DNA from: Podarcis filfolensis
Taxonomy: Eukaryota
NCBI GenBank assembly: GCA_964270895.1
Contig: OZ185439.1
Length of the DNA stretch: 64,000 nucleotides
Strand: one strand, 5' to 3'
The translations under genes and the position numbers were made by a program. The first letter of the stretch is position 1; the number at the start of each line of letters is the position of its first letter. The notes beneath the pieces were generated by a model. It saw only the letters and a program-made list of their open reading frames with translations. It was not told the origin of the DNA and searched no databases. Shown in pieces: positions 13,706-26,599 of the stretch.

Positions 13706-15346
13706 CTGACATCATGTAATCACCCGCACATCCCTATGCAAAAACCTAATTGACATGGATGAAACAAATCTGCAGATCCTAGGTAATTGTTGCCTTTACC
13801 TTCACATGAAGTGGTAATTGCTTTGGCAGACTGTGTCTTAATCTTCTAGATTTGAAGGGGGTGGGGAGCAAAAAACCAACACATCCTTTAGCTTTATGTA
13901 CTTTTGACTTTTAATCTACCTAACTGTAAAAGCTTTTCTCTCACTTTCTACATCCAATCAACAACCTCTTCTACCCAGCATACAACATATCACTACTGTC
14001 CCTTCATCATGCTCACAGAAAAAGCATAATGAATTATTAGAGGAGTATTGCATTTTTTCTCCAATTGCTTTAATATTTAGACTAGAAACAAAGATTTTTA
14101 AATAAGAGATTATTCTGCTGGCCAGACACAACTTCACAGGCCACAGTCAAGGATTTTACTTTTTTTTTACAAGTGTTTGACTCTCTTTACATGCAACAGC
14201 AAATGCAGTCTTATGAATTCAACAATATGGAAGCCAGAATTTCTAAAGCACCATGCACAGCAGAATTCTTTCCCTAGTTCTGCACTGTTCTGCCTAAGAC
14301 CCCTGCTGGCAGTTTGCATATTCTTTACACTGGATGATAACAGTTTTACTTCTCATTTAAAATTAGTTAAGAGTGGTCCAAGAGAATGAAATCTAATTTC
14401 TTCCTGCACAGCCAGAGCAAGAATTGGCGAGTGAAATCCATTCCTAGAAGTAACAGCAGCCTTTTTAGGACTAATGGCTTCTACGTTGTCTAAGATTTTG
14501 GGCTGGTACTGTCAGCCAATCCAAAAATTGTGATTGCGAGGGTCTTCCCCACTGCTGGCTTGTTAGAAGCAAGTACCTCTGCCCAACACCAAAAGAAGTT
14601 CTCCCCTGCCCAACCTTTCCTGCAAGCCAGGAGCTTGTGAATTTCAGCCAATGATTTGTGAGAGAGCTCTGGCCCTTCCACCAAGCAAAGGCTCAAGAAA
14701 CATCCCCACCTTCCTCTCCTTCAGGGAACATGCAAACTTCAGCCACTACTCAGAAGGGGACCACCATCATCAAACAGTGGTTGGAACCCCTAACACCTCT
14801 TTCTTGCAGAAAAGAGTGCTTAGGATCATGTCAGCTTTATCAGCTGCTCAGAAGCAGAGCTCCGGGCCTGTCTCCCAAGCAACAACTGTAAAGGCCTCTT
14901 TATCTTGTGGGAAAGAGAGGCAGGAATGTGGGAGATTCAGCTGGTGAAGGCAACAGCACTTGCTTTCAAATAGCACCCAAGACGTCCATAAGCATGAAGG
15001 GAGAGGTATTGCTGGTTTGTCCCTCTGGGACCAAGGAACTCCAGGGGGCTTGGATAAGTGTTAGAAACAGATAAATAAGCTAATTGACAAATGGCACTTT
15101 AAACCTAGGTTATGGTTGTGTGTTTGTTGTTAACTTCATTTCTATACCACTATACCACAGATGAGATTTTTTTAAAATCTCAAAGTGGTTTACAACACAT
15201 TAAAACATCAAATAAAACAATCCAGAATAAAACAAATTCAAGATCCAAGGAAAATATTTAATATCCTTCTCTAGGCATTGTTTTGCTTTCCCAATATTTA
15301 TTTACCAATTTAATTTATACAGCAGCCCAATAGCAGAAGTACTCTA

Positions 15347-15552
15347 GGAAGTCAGTATGGTATAGCGGTCAGAGTGTGGACCCGGGAGATCAGAGTTCAA
15401 ATCCCCACTCAGTCATGAAGCTCACTGGGTGACCTTGGACAAGTCACAGCCTCTTAATCTAACCTCACAGGGTCATTGTAGGGATTGACTGAGGAGGAGG
15501 GTGAACCATGTAGTCTTTGGAGAAAATGGAGGGATATAAATGCAATAAATAA
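15347..15552 (+). mobile_element. Squam3-like tRNA-derived SINE
   Basis: A box (GGTATAGCGG), B box (AGTTCAAATCC), core CTCACTGGGTGACCTTGG, AATAAATAA tail. Confidence 0.8.
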
Positions 15553-17429
15553 GCTCTTCTGCTTACCTGCTCAAGAAAACTGGAGGGGCCAGCCAGATGG
15601 AGATGTAAGTTGCCAACCTGGCATCCACAGATCTCCACATGGTTGCAATTGGACCTGCACCACTCACAAAATGTGCCTGGTGAATTTCTAGCACAGGCAT
15701 GAATCACACAACTTCAATACCATCCCTAGCCTTCCTCCCAACTTTAGAGAGGTGAAGGGGGCAGAGATAGCCTGGACATTTCTGGGATGATCCTTCCCCA
15801 TTCCCTGGTTTTCAAAGTTGGGAGGAAAGCTGGCCACTCCTCATGCTTGCTAGAGGGTGGTGCTACACTTGCCATGACAAGAGTAATAGCTGAATCCTGC
15901 TCTGCTTGAAGCAGCAGATACCATTTCTCCCTACCTGCCTCAGCAAAAGAATAGGAAACAGTTGGTGGCATTGGAAGAAAGAGCAAATGGGCGCATCTCT
16001 CTCAGTCAGCCAGCAATTTGTCATTCAGGACTTTCTTGTGTAGTTACCAGAATGAACGCCTTTACATGCATTTATCTTGCTGACATTCTTATGGTCAGCA
16101 AGGATAAGTGCAAATTAAAAGCTTATTAACACATGGTGATTTTAACAGGAACAAAGGAATCACACACATGGAAGGATTTCTTAATCCATAGAAATCATTG
16201 CTGAGCTAGACAAATATAGGGCTTCCCTTTCCTGGGTAGCAAAATATAACAAAAACAAAGAGGAACCCTGGCCTGATGGCACAGCATGCAGCGTAGTGAG
16301 AAGTTTCAAATATCTAGCATATGCCACTCTTGTCAGTAGTGTAAATCAACATCCAGGAAGAGGTTATACATTATAATTCCCACTGCTTGATTGGTTGTAC
16401 TTTGCACCCCCGTATGAGATGAGCTCTCATACTTGTTCCATGGGAACAAGAACCCTGAACTACTCTGAGTAGACCCACCGATATTAATGAACATTACTTC
16501 ATTAGGTACATTCATTTCAGTGTGTCTACTCTTAAGTAAAACTTAGTTGACTATTACCCTTGAGTTTTTTACTCACATCAGCCCTGCTTAACATATAATG
16601 AAGCTCCAGATAAAAGTATCTTGTATTAAAATGTGAAAAATTGGGGTGAAGCTGCAACAAATGTATAACTCTGTTCGTAAACAGGGCTCTGGACTTCATA
16701 CCAACTTCTAAGCACATCTATTTTCAAGCCCCAAATTTAAAGCCCAAAACAATGGAAGGCAAGATTCTCAACATGAATTTTGAGCCAGAGTTACCCCTGC
16801 ACAGCCCTGTGTATTATCTTCACATTAGTAATCTTCAATACTCATATAAAAAAGAAAAGACCTATGAACATATCACATGTGAAAGGGAGGGGGGTCAAGT
16901 AAAGTTTGCTCTGGGAGGCTAATTTACTTTCCCCATCTTGTGATCCTTCAAGCTGCAAGGAAGCAGCCCCACTTTGTTTGGAAGGGTAGCTTGGCCTCAG
17001 AGAGTATACATCCAATTTCCCCTATATTTGGTCCCTAGGCAGCTGGCCATTTGCCAAAACTCTTTAGCCTAACTCCCAGCACCAGCTGGCTAAGGGCTCT
17101 TGCATACATGCTGCTCCCTGCTGCCAACATTCCCTGGCAGCCTGCAAAGAAAACCATCAGCTTCCACTTGTTTGGGGGACTGAGGAAGAGATGGAGGGTC
17201 ATTTGCATCCTAGTGCTTTTCCCACAAAGGTAGGAGATCTGAAAATTCTGGTGTGACCATCTCTTATCCTACTGCCCTATCCCAAGCACACAAACATGAT
17301 CTAAAACCTTAATTTACTAAGCAAATGAGGGGGGCAGGGAGAAAGCAAGGCAAATAAGAGGATTACCCCCCCCTGTAACTTTCCACCCCAAAGCCCTCAC
17401 TGACAGACATGCCAGGGACCAATTTTTCC

Positions 17430-17500
17430 AGAGGGGTAGCTGTGTTAGACTGTTGCACCAAGAAGAACAGAGTCCTGTGGCACCTTAAAAAGAATAATTG
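17430..17500 (+). mobile_element. Penelope-like element terminus
   Basis: GGTAGCTGTGTTAGACTGTTGCA..GAGTCCTGTGGCACCTTAAA resembles recalled Penelope ends. Confidence 0.45.
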
Positions 17501-18086
17501 TCAGATGCAGGAAGTGAGATCTGAGTTGGCAAATATGTACTGTATACACAAGGGTTAGGGAAAATAAATATATAAAGTGGGAGCTAAATGGCAATGTGGT
17601 GCAAAAAATGCAATCAGTGGTAATTCAATCAGAGCTTAGATGTATGTTAAACAGGCACAATATAGGAAAGCATTGTGTCTATTCAAACCAAATAATGTTA
17701 CTGAAGCATGGAGCCAGCTCTGGAAAGGGCTTTGGAGTCCTTCTGTAATCAAGGCCAAATAGAATTGTGGATTGCATGAGCATTATGCTAGAAATCATTC
17801 TAGCCCACTCTTATCCCTGCTCATTGGGACCAAACTGTTGTGGCACACAAAGTATAAGAGGCTTCATTTTCTCAGCCCTTTTGTCCCTGATTTTTGCCTC
17901 AGATCCTATTCCACTCTACTTCCTGGCTGGACCTGATCTGCCTTGCTCCTTTAAATCCATCTAGGCTTGGTGGCTCCAGTTTTGACCAGAAAAGGGCACA
18001 GAGCTCCAGAGAAGGAATGCCAAGTGCCCCAGAACTGCCACTGAAACCACATGTTAATCACTGCACATTGCTCTTTATTTATTCAG

Positions 18087-18260
18087 TAAACTCACTGGGT
18101 GACCTTGGGCCAATCAGTCTCTCATCCTTCCCTACCTTCCATGATCACTGTGGGGATAAAACAAGGAAGAAGACCATCGTGTACATCACCTTGTGCTCTT
18201 TGGAGGAAAGGCAGGATAGAAATATAATTAATTAATTAATTAATTAATTAATTAATTAAT
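18087..18260 (+). mobile_element. Squam3-like SINE 3' part with self-complementary (TAAT)n tail
   Basis: CTCACTGGGTGACCTTGGGC core; (TAAT)9 at 18225-18260. Confidence 0.7.
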
Positions 18261-19854
18261 ACTATTCTGTGCATGGTGTAGCGTTTTATAAAACTATCTT
18301 CTCTAAGCCGCTTTCTGGTTCTATTCCCTTACTGTACAGCCCCTCTCTTCTGCTGCAGTGATATGCACAATCTTACTGCAGTGCTACTGTCCCCCAATCA
18401 CCCTTCCATCTCCTTTTTTCCTTTACCCATTCACAACTCTCTGCTTTTTTCAACCACTTTCAAATACTCCACTGGTTCATTTATTCCTCCTCACCACAGA
18501 TTTCTGCATCTTGAACTTAACCATTTTCCCACTCACCCTATACTATATTTCATTCACTCCTGTTAAACACTTCCAAGCAAAATATATGAGAGATTCGTGT
18601 CATTTCCACTTAAGAGATATCAGGCAGCAGTGACAGGAAAAACTATCAGTGCTTGATGTTGGAGAACCTCTGCCAGTAACTAGATGGACTAGCGGTGTGT
18701 CAAAGAATAGGAAGTTGGCAAGTAGCAATTGCCCCTGGACAAGGAGCCAAGTGGCAAAAAGGACCACATTCCATGCTTTCCCTTCACCATCCCACTCCAA
18801 TGAACTTCCCCTTTGACTGCATTGCCTGTTCACTTATTCTTATCACTGCCCCTTATGATTCCAGTTATAGCAGGACACCTCTATTATGTCTTCCTGTATG
18901 TTTGCTTTCTCTTTCATTTCATGCTTTATGTGGAGACTGAACAAAGGGAAGCAAAAGATATTTCTGAAAAGTTTTTGACAAAGCTAACATTACTGTTAAG
19001 AGAAAGTTCTAGGGATCTGACCATTTACAAACTGCTTTGCATAGCATTTAGAATATGGTAGGGGAACCATGTTTTCATATTAGGCTGATTCAGCTATGCC
19101 CATCAAATTATTAAGTTTTCAGTCAGTCCCTCACATTACAAAATAAAAAGAAGTAAATAAAGCAGACACCAAAGTCATGTATTTCATGCAATTTACAGCT
19201 CTCCTACTCAAGATGGAGACTTTACTGAGAAAGATTGGTATTAAACTGTGGAGCACAGACTATTCTGAACCAAATAAAAATAATGGAAAAAACCAATGCC
19301 ATTATTTTCGTGTTTTAGATATTAAAGTCTCTACAGACTAGAATCATCTCAACATATAGCCACTATTTAAAATTATCTTGCACAAAACACCTGAATGCAA
19401 ACCATTTTATAATACCATAATCACAAAGTTTTTATTCCATTTTGGGGAAACAGACACCTAAAATCAGACCCCCAAGTACATTTGGCTTTATTTTAGTTAA
19501 AAATACTGAGCTTTCTCAACTCTCACTTGATAAAGGGAACAGACAGTAGTCAGTGCTTCCAAGAACCTATCATATTGGGATTAATTAGGCACTAGGCTTT
19601 TGGCACACATTTTCAACATCTTGGCCAAACTTTACAGAAGCTCTGTAAGTTAACTTTTTTAACTACTGCTATTTATAAAGTGCCACAATAGCCAATCATA
19701 GCCAAACAACCAACGTACAAATAGTTATTGGCAACATAACAAAGGAAGGAAAATGGTTTAAATATACTAACATCCTAGTCTTGGGGCATCCAGTCAAGCT
19801 ACGCAAAGAGGTGTTTTTGTCCCTTGCATACTCCCAAATGTGGAAGTAGGATCA

Positions 19855-19990
19855 GAAACGGGATCTGGAAGAAAGGGTAAACAGCATGTTAGTTAAATTC
19901 ACAGATGGTACTACACTGGGTAATGTTGCAAACATTAGCAGGAACAAAAATATAAATGAATTCAGGAACATACGAAGGAAAACACATCAC
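19855..19990 (+). mobile_element. Degraded CR1 reverse-transcriptase fragment
   Basis: Reads DLEERVNSMLVKFTDGTTLGNVAN, compare the CR1 motif KFADDTKL. Confidence 0.6.
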
Positions 19991-22900
19991 ATTTCAGGAA
20001 AGTGTGCTAATGACATGTAATGAAATTCTAGCACACAACAAAAATGTTCAAAGGAAACAGAGGATTAGTTGTAATGGATGAAAAGGAGATAAAGGGGACT
20101 GCAAGAGATCAAGAAGTTAGAAAAAGTGATGTGCAAGTCAGTGTGCAAGCAGGACTAACACTGGCACAACAGAACATCCCTTCCCTCACCTCCCCCCATG
20201 CAACCCTTATCTGCTTTGTGGAAAGCAGGGGAGAGAGAAGTTCTGTTGCAAAAGCAGAAGTTGTTCTGCTCATGCAATGACTTTGTTGGATACAACACTG
20301 TGCCTTCAAGCCACACTAAAGACACTCTTGTCTCATTGTGCTAGAGTCACTTGCTGTAAGCCATTGTACCAATCAGCTTTCTTCACTCATACACACTGCT
20401 TATCTGACGAGTAGATTAGGACAGGGTGGGCAGATCTTACACTGGTAAGATCAACTTTGTTTTTTCACTAGAATTCTGAGATCTACCAACCAGAGCCGTG
20501 CGCAAGGCACACATAATTAAAGAACAAAGTGCCTTTGAGCATATTCTGAGCATTTTCAGGATCACAACAAATTGAGTTTAGTGTCTTTTCACACAACAGT
20601 CTAATCCAGATTAATCTTCATTTCAGCAGACTAATTTTGGTAGGGAAAGTTGTTTTATTGCCATTGTTTAATAACTGGGAGTCAAAAATACTTGCTGATC
20701 TACCAAAAATCATCCAGAGATCCTGAATTACTGTCTGTCTACCCCAGCTTAGACAATGATACAGTACTAGATAGATTTTTTTTGTTTCCCTGGAACTTTT
20801 TTTCTTTTTTTAAGAAAGTTTGGCTTCAACAGGAAATAAATAAAATTCTATACTTCAATTGTATCATTCTCAGCAAAGCATATTCCAGGAACATAGAAGT
20901 TTATGTGGTAAGTTTGACCTTAAGATTGACCCTGAGGTCAATCTAGAGTTTTACTTATATATATATTTAAAAGTCACCGAGGGAGGGAGACTTTGCCAGT
21001 GGTCAGCATGCAGCAAGCTAGGCATGAAGATGTGGTGGGGGAAAGAGTCATATGATGTAGTATTGAAATAAAGGATTCAGAACTGAGAATGGAAGATGAA
21101 GCAGGGGAAATAGTTAGATGTCTAAAGGAGGAAATGGAATTACGAAGGAAGCACCCAAAAACAGTGGCAAGGAAGCAAGAGATGCACATTCCCCTTTAAA
21201 AACGTAACCCGAAAATGACTTTCTACAATTGTTTATTCCTTTGAACATTACTGGAGGAGGAAACAAAAGGGTCAATTTATATTAGGGTTGGCTGCCTTTT
21301 TTTTTCCTTTTTTTTGCCTAGAACTCTGGCCAATTAGTATTGGACCAACTTTTCCAAGTTGGTCTTCTTAATGTAGATAAGAAATTAAGTTCAGTACTTA
21401 ATACAAGAAAAATGAAATATAACTGTTTCACTCAATATAATCTCATGGGATTCAAGATGAAAATTTTTGAATAAGCATTTTCAGAATAATTGCAACAGTA
21501 AGAAGAGCTTCAATTTATTTCCAATGGTCAGGAAACAGAACATTTGTGCAATTTACCTTCCCTATGCTGCAGTCCCTCCCAGCTCTTTCTCTCCCCAGGA
21601 GAACTGCACACACACACACACAATAACCAAGCCTTATTACTCTACTGGAATGACAAGAATTAACCAGAAGCACCAGTGACCATGCTTTGGACCTTTTTGT
21701 ACATAATCCGAATGGTTTATAAAATCTCATTATTAAATGTGCATAGTTTTTTTTTCTTGGCCAAGAAAAAATGGAATAAGTGTATGAACTAATAATGGCA
21801 AGGTCCTCAGAGTTAGGTTTCATACTTTTAACACCCACTGAGCTCTCACAACAGACACAAATCCTGTAACTAACTTTATATAATTTAGACAAAGTTCAAA
21901 GCACAATGCAACATATACCATATATTTTTAGCACATGTCTGAGAAACCACAAAAGATGCAAAAGAAAGGGGTTTCCTTCTTTAGTCAAAGAAGATACCAA
22001 TGAGAAGAAAACATTTCAATATCTGTATATGCTGCTTAACCAGGGCCATCGTAGGTCAGAGGACAGTGTTAGAAGGTATTTTGTACACAGGTAGAGATAG
22101 CTGAATAGAACAGTTATATGTATGTCATGTATGAAAAGCATATTCTATTTTTATAACACATGAAAGCTGGGCTCAATTATAGATGTATGAGCTTCACACA
22201 GACATTTTGAGAACAGAATGCTGGTCTCTGTAGCTAGAGCATGTGCAGTTCTCTAAATGTGCATTGTGCATTTTGTTGAAGATTTGTTGTTTTAACATTT
22301 TCCACTGCTCTGCAAGTCCCGAGTTACCTGCATATTTGATGCTGAACAACCAGAAAAGCCTACAAACAGAAGTCAATGAAAACAGCCTCTATTCACGATC
22401 AAAGAAATAAGCATGACTGCTTTACATCTTGGGAAGAATAACCATCAGGCTATTCAAGGTTTGTAAGTGTATGCATCTATAGTAATACCAATTCCATATT
22501 TTAACTTTTATACAGTATCTAGCACTGTAAAATGAAAACTAGATGTAATACTGAACAACCTATAGTTGCACACCCACTCACAATGTTCCCAAGTTCAGAG
22601 GTACTTGATTTACAATCTACAATGCTACTATTATGTAGACCATACATAATGATGGATTTTAGTTTCCCAGGATGTTCATGATTTTTAAAAGGCTTAGAGC
22701 CAAATCCAGCAGGTTATAGCATGTACAAAAAAGGAAACATATGGGCACATTGAAGGTTTACAGGGTCATTTTTTCTTCACTATTCAGGGAAGTGTATGAA
22801 GTAGGTTCAGGGGTATATTAGTGGAGCTCCTATGAAAGGGAGAAGGTTGAACAAAATATTGGCATGTACACTATCGACAGGAAACAAAACATACATTATA

Positions 22901-23591
22901 ATGCACTTTCATTAAGATTCAGAAGAAAATTGTGATTTTATTTTTCTGACAGATTATTAAAATTTACCAGAATAGTGACAGAACATCTTTCCTTGTCTTC
23001 ACTGTGCTTCTAATTTTAAGTATCATACTTCAGCTTCACAGAATTACATCTTTTGGAATCTGGAGCCAGGTAAGTGTGAGTGTCACTATGATGCCTGCAT
23101 GAAGGTCTGGTGCATATAAATTCTAAAGCAGCACTTATAGGGACATTCAGATATTAGGTAATCAAAGTATCTTGTGAATTACTTTTTATCAATACCAAAA
23201 GCAACCATAAAAATAAAGCTTGTCGACTTTGTTCCCTGTGTTAGAAAGTGTTAGAAAGTAGCCCTTAGTATCAAGCCTCTATCTGAAACTTCCATTATTC
23301 CCTCAGAGCATTCCAAATTAATGAGATTCGTATCAAACCCTGAAAAACACACTCCTAATTTCTAAAACATGCAAATCAAAACTACAACTCAGCGCTACGC
23401 TATTGGTATGTGATCCCCCCCCAATAATCAGTCATATCACTTCACAGATGTGTAGCTTTCAACAGCAAGATGAAAATCTGGCTATCTTAGCATGTAACCT
23501 TCCTGGCACCAATTATAGCACTTTTTATTACAATACATAGAGCACAGATATCTGATAACTTGTAAAATGACAAGTGGTTATCATTTCAAAC

Positions 23592-23782
23592 CAGTGGCGT
23601 AGCGTGGGGGGTGCAGGGGGGGCCGGCCACACCGGGCGCAACATCTGGAGGTTAGGGTTAGGGGGCGCAAATCCACGGGTTAGGGGGCGCAAATCCACGG
23701 GTTAGGGGGCGCAAATCCACGGGTTAGGGGGCGCAAATTACTTGCCTTGCCCCGGGTGCTGACAACCCACGCTACGCCACTG
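23592..23782. mobile_element. Young non-autonomous hAT transposon
   Basis: Perfect 16-bp TIR CAGTGGCGTAGCGTGG, perfect 8-bp TSD TTTCAAAC (23584-23591, 23783-23790), internal 22-bp tandem repeat. Confidence 0.93.
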
Positions 23783-25025
23783 TTTCAAACTTAAACTCGC
23801 TGGCCTGGCATCCAGGCAAATGACCTCATTTTTAACAACGCAAAATCAAACAAATCATATATATTTGCTTCCAAATCCTGAGCAATAAGGAGAGCTCACT
23901 TAATCAAAGCATATTTTGGTAAGAATAGAACTAAAGATTTCCATTCCAATTTTTAATACTCTCAGCTAAACTTCATTAGAGTATAGTTCTATCAAAACAA
24001 CTGACTTGCTAACTTTTAACACTCTGTTCTAGTAAAATTCAAAGCCTTTAAATCAGTGTTTCTTATTTTTTTTTTAACTCATGCCCCCTTTTAGTAATAT
24101 AAAAATCCCACTCTTCCCCTTCAAACCTGGCTCCTACATTATTTTATTTTAATTCTCAAATGGATTGAAATTTTGTTTTTGTTTTTTTACTTATACTGTA
24201 CATATTTTGGGAACACTTCTGTCCCCACTCAAGATCATCAAATGCCTCCCTCCCGCCCTGGATCACAAACACTGATTTAGATGTTTAAAAATCCCAGTTG
24301 GACTTTCTCCATACTTCCTCCAAGACTTCTATTAAAAATGTTGTTACTGCAATATGGCCTAACCAAAGACCATGAACACAAGATAAAATTAACAGTTTTC
24401 TTATGGACTTATTGGCCCAAATAAGACCAATGATAGCTGCCACACATAATCAACCTGTCTTCCATTGGAACTAGAACCTTGCCTCTGAAGCCACAGGTAG
24501 TTCTCTTTCCCAGTACTGTTACCTGAGACAAAACCTAAAGTCCTGTATGCAAACCAAACCAATCCTCCCACCCACTAAAGTTTTATTTGAAATGGACTCA
24601 TAAACTCAAATATTTTACTTTCCCAGAGAAAGATCAGGGGAAAATATCACCAATACTTATTGCACCCTGGAAGTTTATGAAGCTAAGACCTCATAAAACT
24701 GATCAATTTGAAGTTCAAACTGTTAGGTGCAATGCTATCAAGATAAAATGCTACAAACACAATTATACTTTGGACCTTCTAAAATGTTTTTGTACTTTAC
24801 CTCAAAAAATAATCTGGATAGCTAGGTAATTAACCTTCGCAGCTTAGTCATTTCCTTCATATCTTCTGTTTACACAAAAGGAGGGAAAGTGCACCCACAT
24901 AGATACCAAGACCATGGGGTGGGGAGAGAAGCAAAAAGAATTGTTCCCCCTAGATGCTATGTTCATTTTTTCCAAATCGGCAACAGAAGTGCTCCAATAT
25001 ATCAGAAGTGCTCCAACATGTTTCC

Positions 25026-25076
25026 TACTCAGAGTAGACCCACTGAAATCCATACTTAAGTGGTCTACTCCGAGTA
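25026..25076. mobile_element. Palindromic MITE (hairpin)
   Basis: TACTCAGAGTAGACCCACT / AGTGGTCTACTCCGAGTA inverted arms; related pieces near 16470 and 30330-30390. Confidence 0.6.
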
Positions 25077-26599
25077 TGACTACCACTGGATATTAATTTT
25101 TTTGAGTTTGCAGACATCCTTAGTATTTCTGACCAAGCTTGAGTAAAACATCAGTAGCAATCTCCCCTGCAAATCACAGAATTTCAAACAAATGTCCACA
25201 AGTACTAACAGGGATACATAACAACTCAAGTAACTGATGACCTGAAATAATTGGAGCAGATATGTGCAACGATTGCTAGCCTTTAACCTTCTAGTATACT
25301 TTAACACTCGGACACAAACACCACCATTCAAGTACATAAAAAAGATACTAGAATGAAGAATAAATTTGTCTTCAGTTCCATCGGGCAGAGGAAGTAGTAA
25401 AATGATCTTCCAGAGACAGGCACCTAACTGATAGATGCTAATACAAACAAGCACACTCACAGCACATACTTCTCCTGAAGAAATATTCTAATGCATTACC
25501 TGCTGAAGCTTTTCCAAAAGGCAAGAAGCCATTCCCTTTTTTAGTCAACCAGTTAACTCTGACCCACCTTGTAACCAGTGACATCATTCAGATGTGCTTG
25601 TGGTTCTCTCCCAAGCCCTGGTCTATTTTTTGATACAGTTAAACAAATATGACAATGTACTGAATGTCATTTAATACATGCACTAGTGGAACAAAAAGTG
25701 TTTCTATTTTTTTAAAAAGAAGACAATAATTTCAGTGTTTTCTATTATACAGGTTAATATTGAGTAATTACTAGCTACAGTTAAAAAGGGGCTACTGTTT
25801 AAGCAAGAGTTGTAAAGGCAGTTAAATTACAATTAAGAAAAGCAGGCACTGCTACAGAATTTTAAGGTGACTTGCTGGATTACAGTTAACATGATCAGCA
25901 TCCTTCTTTTGCTGTCTAGGAAACTAGAGTTCAACTTAAAATGATCTGCTTCTACTGCCCTTGCTTTTTTACTCAGTAAATACTCAGTGTTTCAGGATAG
26001 TAAAGCTGCTATCCCCAAGTCACATTTAAGGGATAAACCTCAGTGAAAACGGTGGTATTAATTCCTAGTAAGAATGCATGACTGCATTGTAAGTTTAATA
26101 GTATGTAGTCCATCTCTGTGTATTAACAAAGCTACTGTCTTAACATGTTGGAATGATGTATTGTTATCTAAGGAAATCAAAGGAGAAAGGACATGGGATT
26201 TTTAAGACATTTAAATGAGCAGAAAACACTCTTACATGTTGAAATAAACCTGTATTTCACATGAAAGGAGCTTTGTCAGTTCAACCTGAAGACTGCATTA
26301 TAAATAATATCCCCTTCCACATAACTGCACCTTTTCACCTGCTTCTATATTTTATAAAAAGTAAATGTGCTTTCCCTAGCACAGTGGTTCTCAACCCTAG
26401 CAGCTTATGAAGATTCCAAGGCAAGTTATTCTGTCATCTTCACAATCCAAAAGATTTAGGGGAATACTTCCTTTTCAACAAGAGGTATCATGGCAATAGG
26501 GTATATTTTTCCTAACATCTGAGAACATTCTGCAAGGTAAATCGGTGACTATAATATTTAGACACACACACACATCCTTATACACAATTCAGCACGAGG

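Noticed and set aside
23650-23740. Interstitial telomere or CRISPR-like array
   Set aside because: No spacers and eukaryotic context; the repeats are internal to a TIR/TSD-bounded transposon
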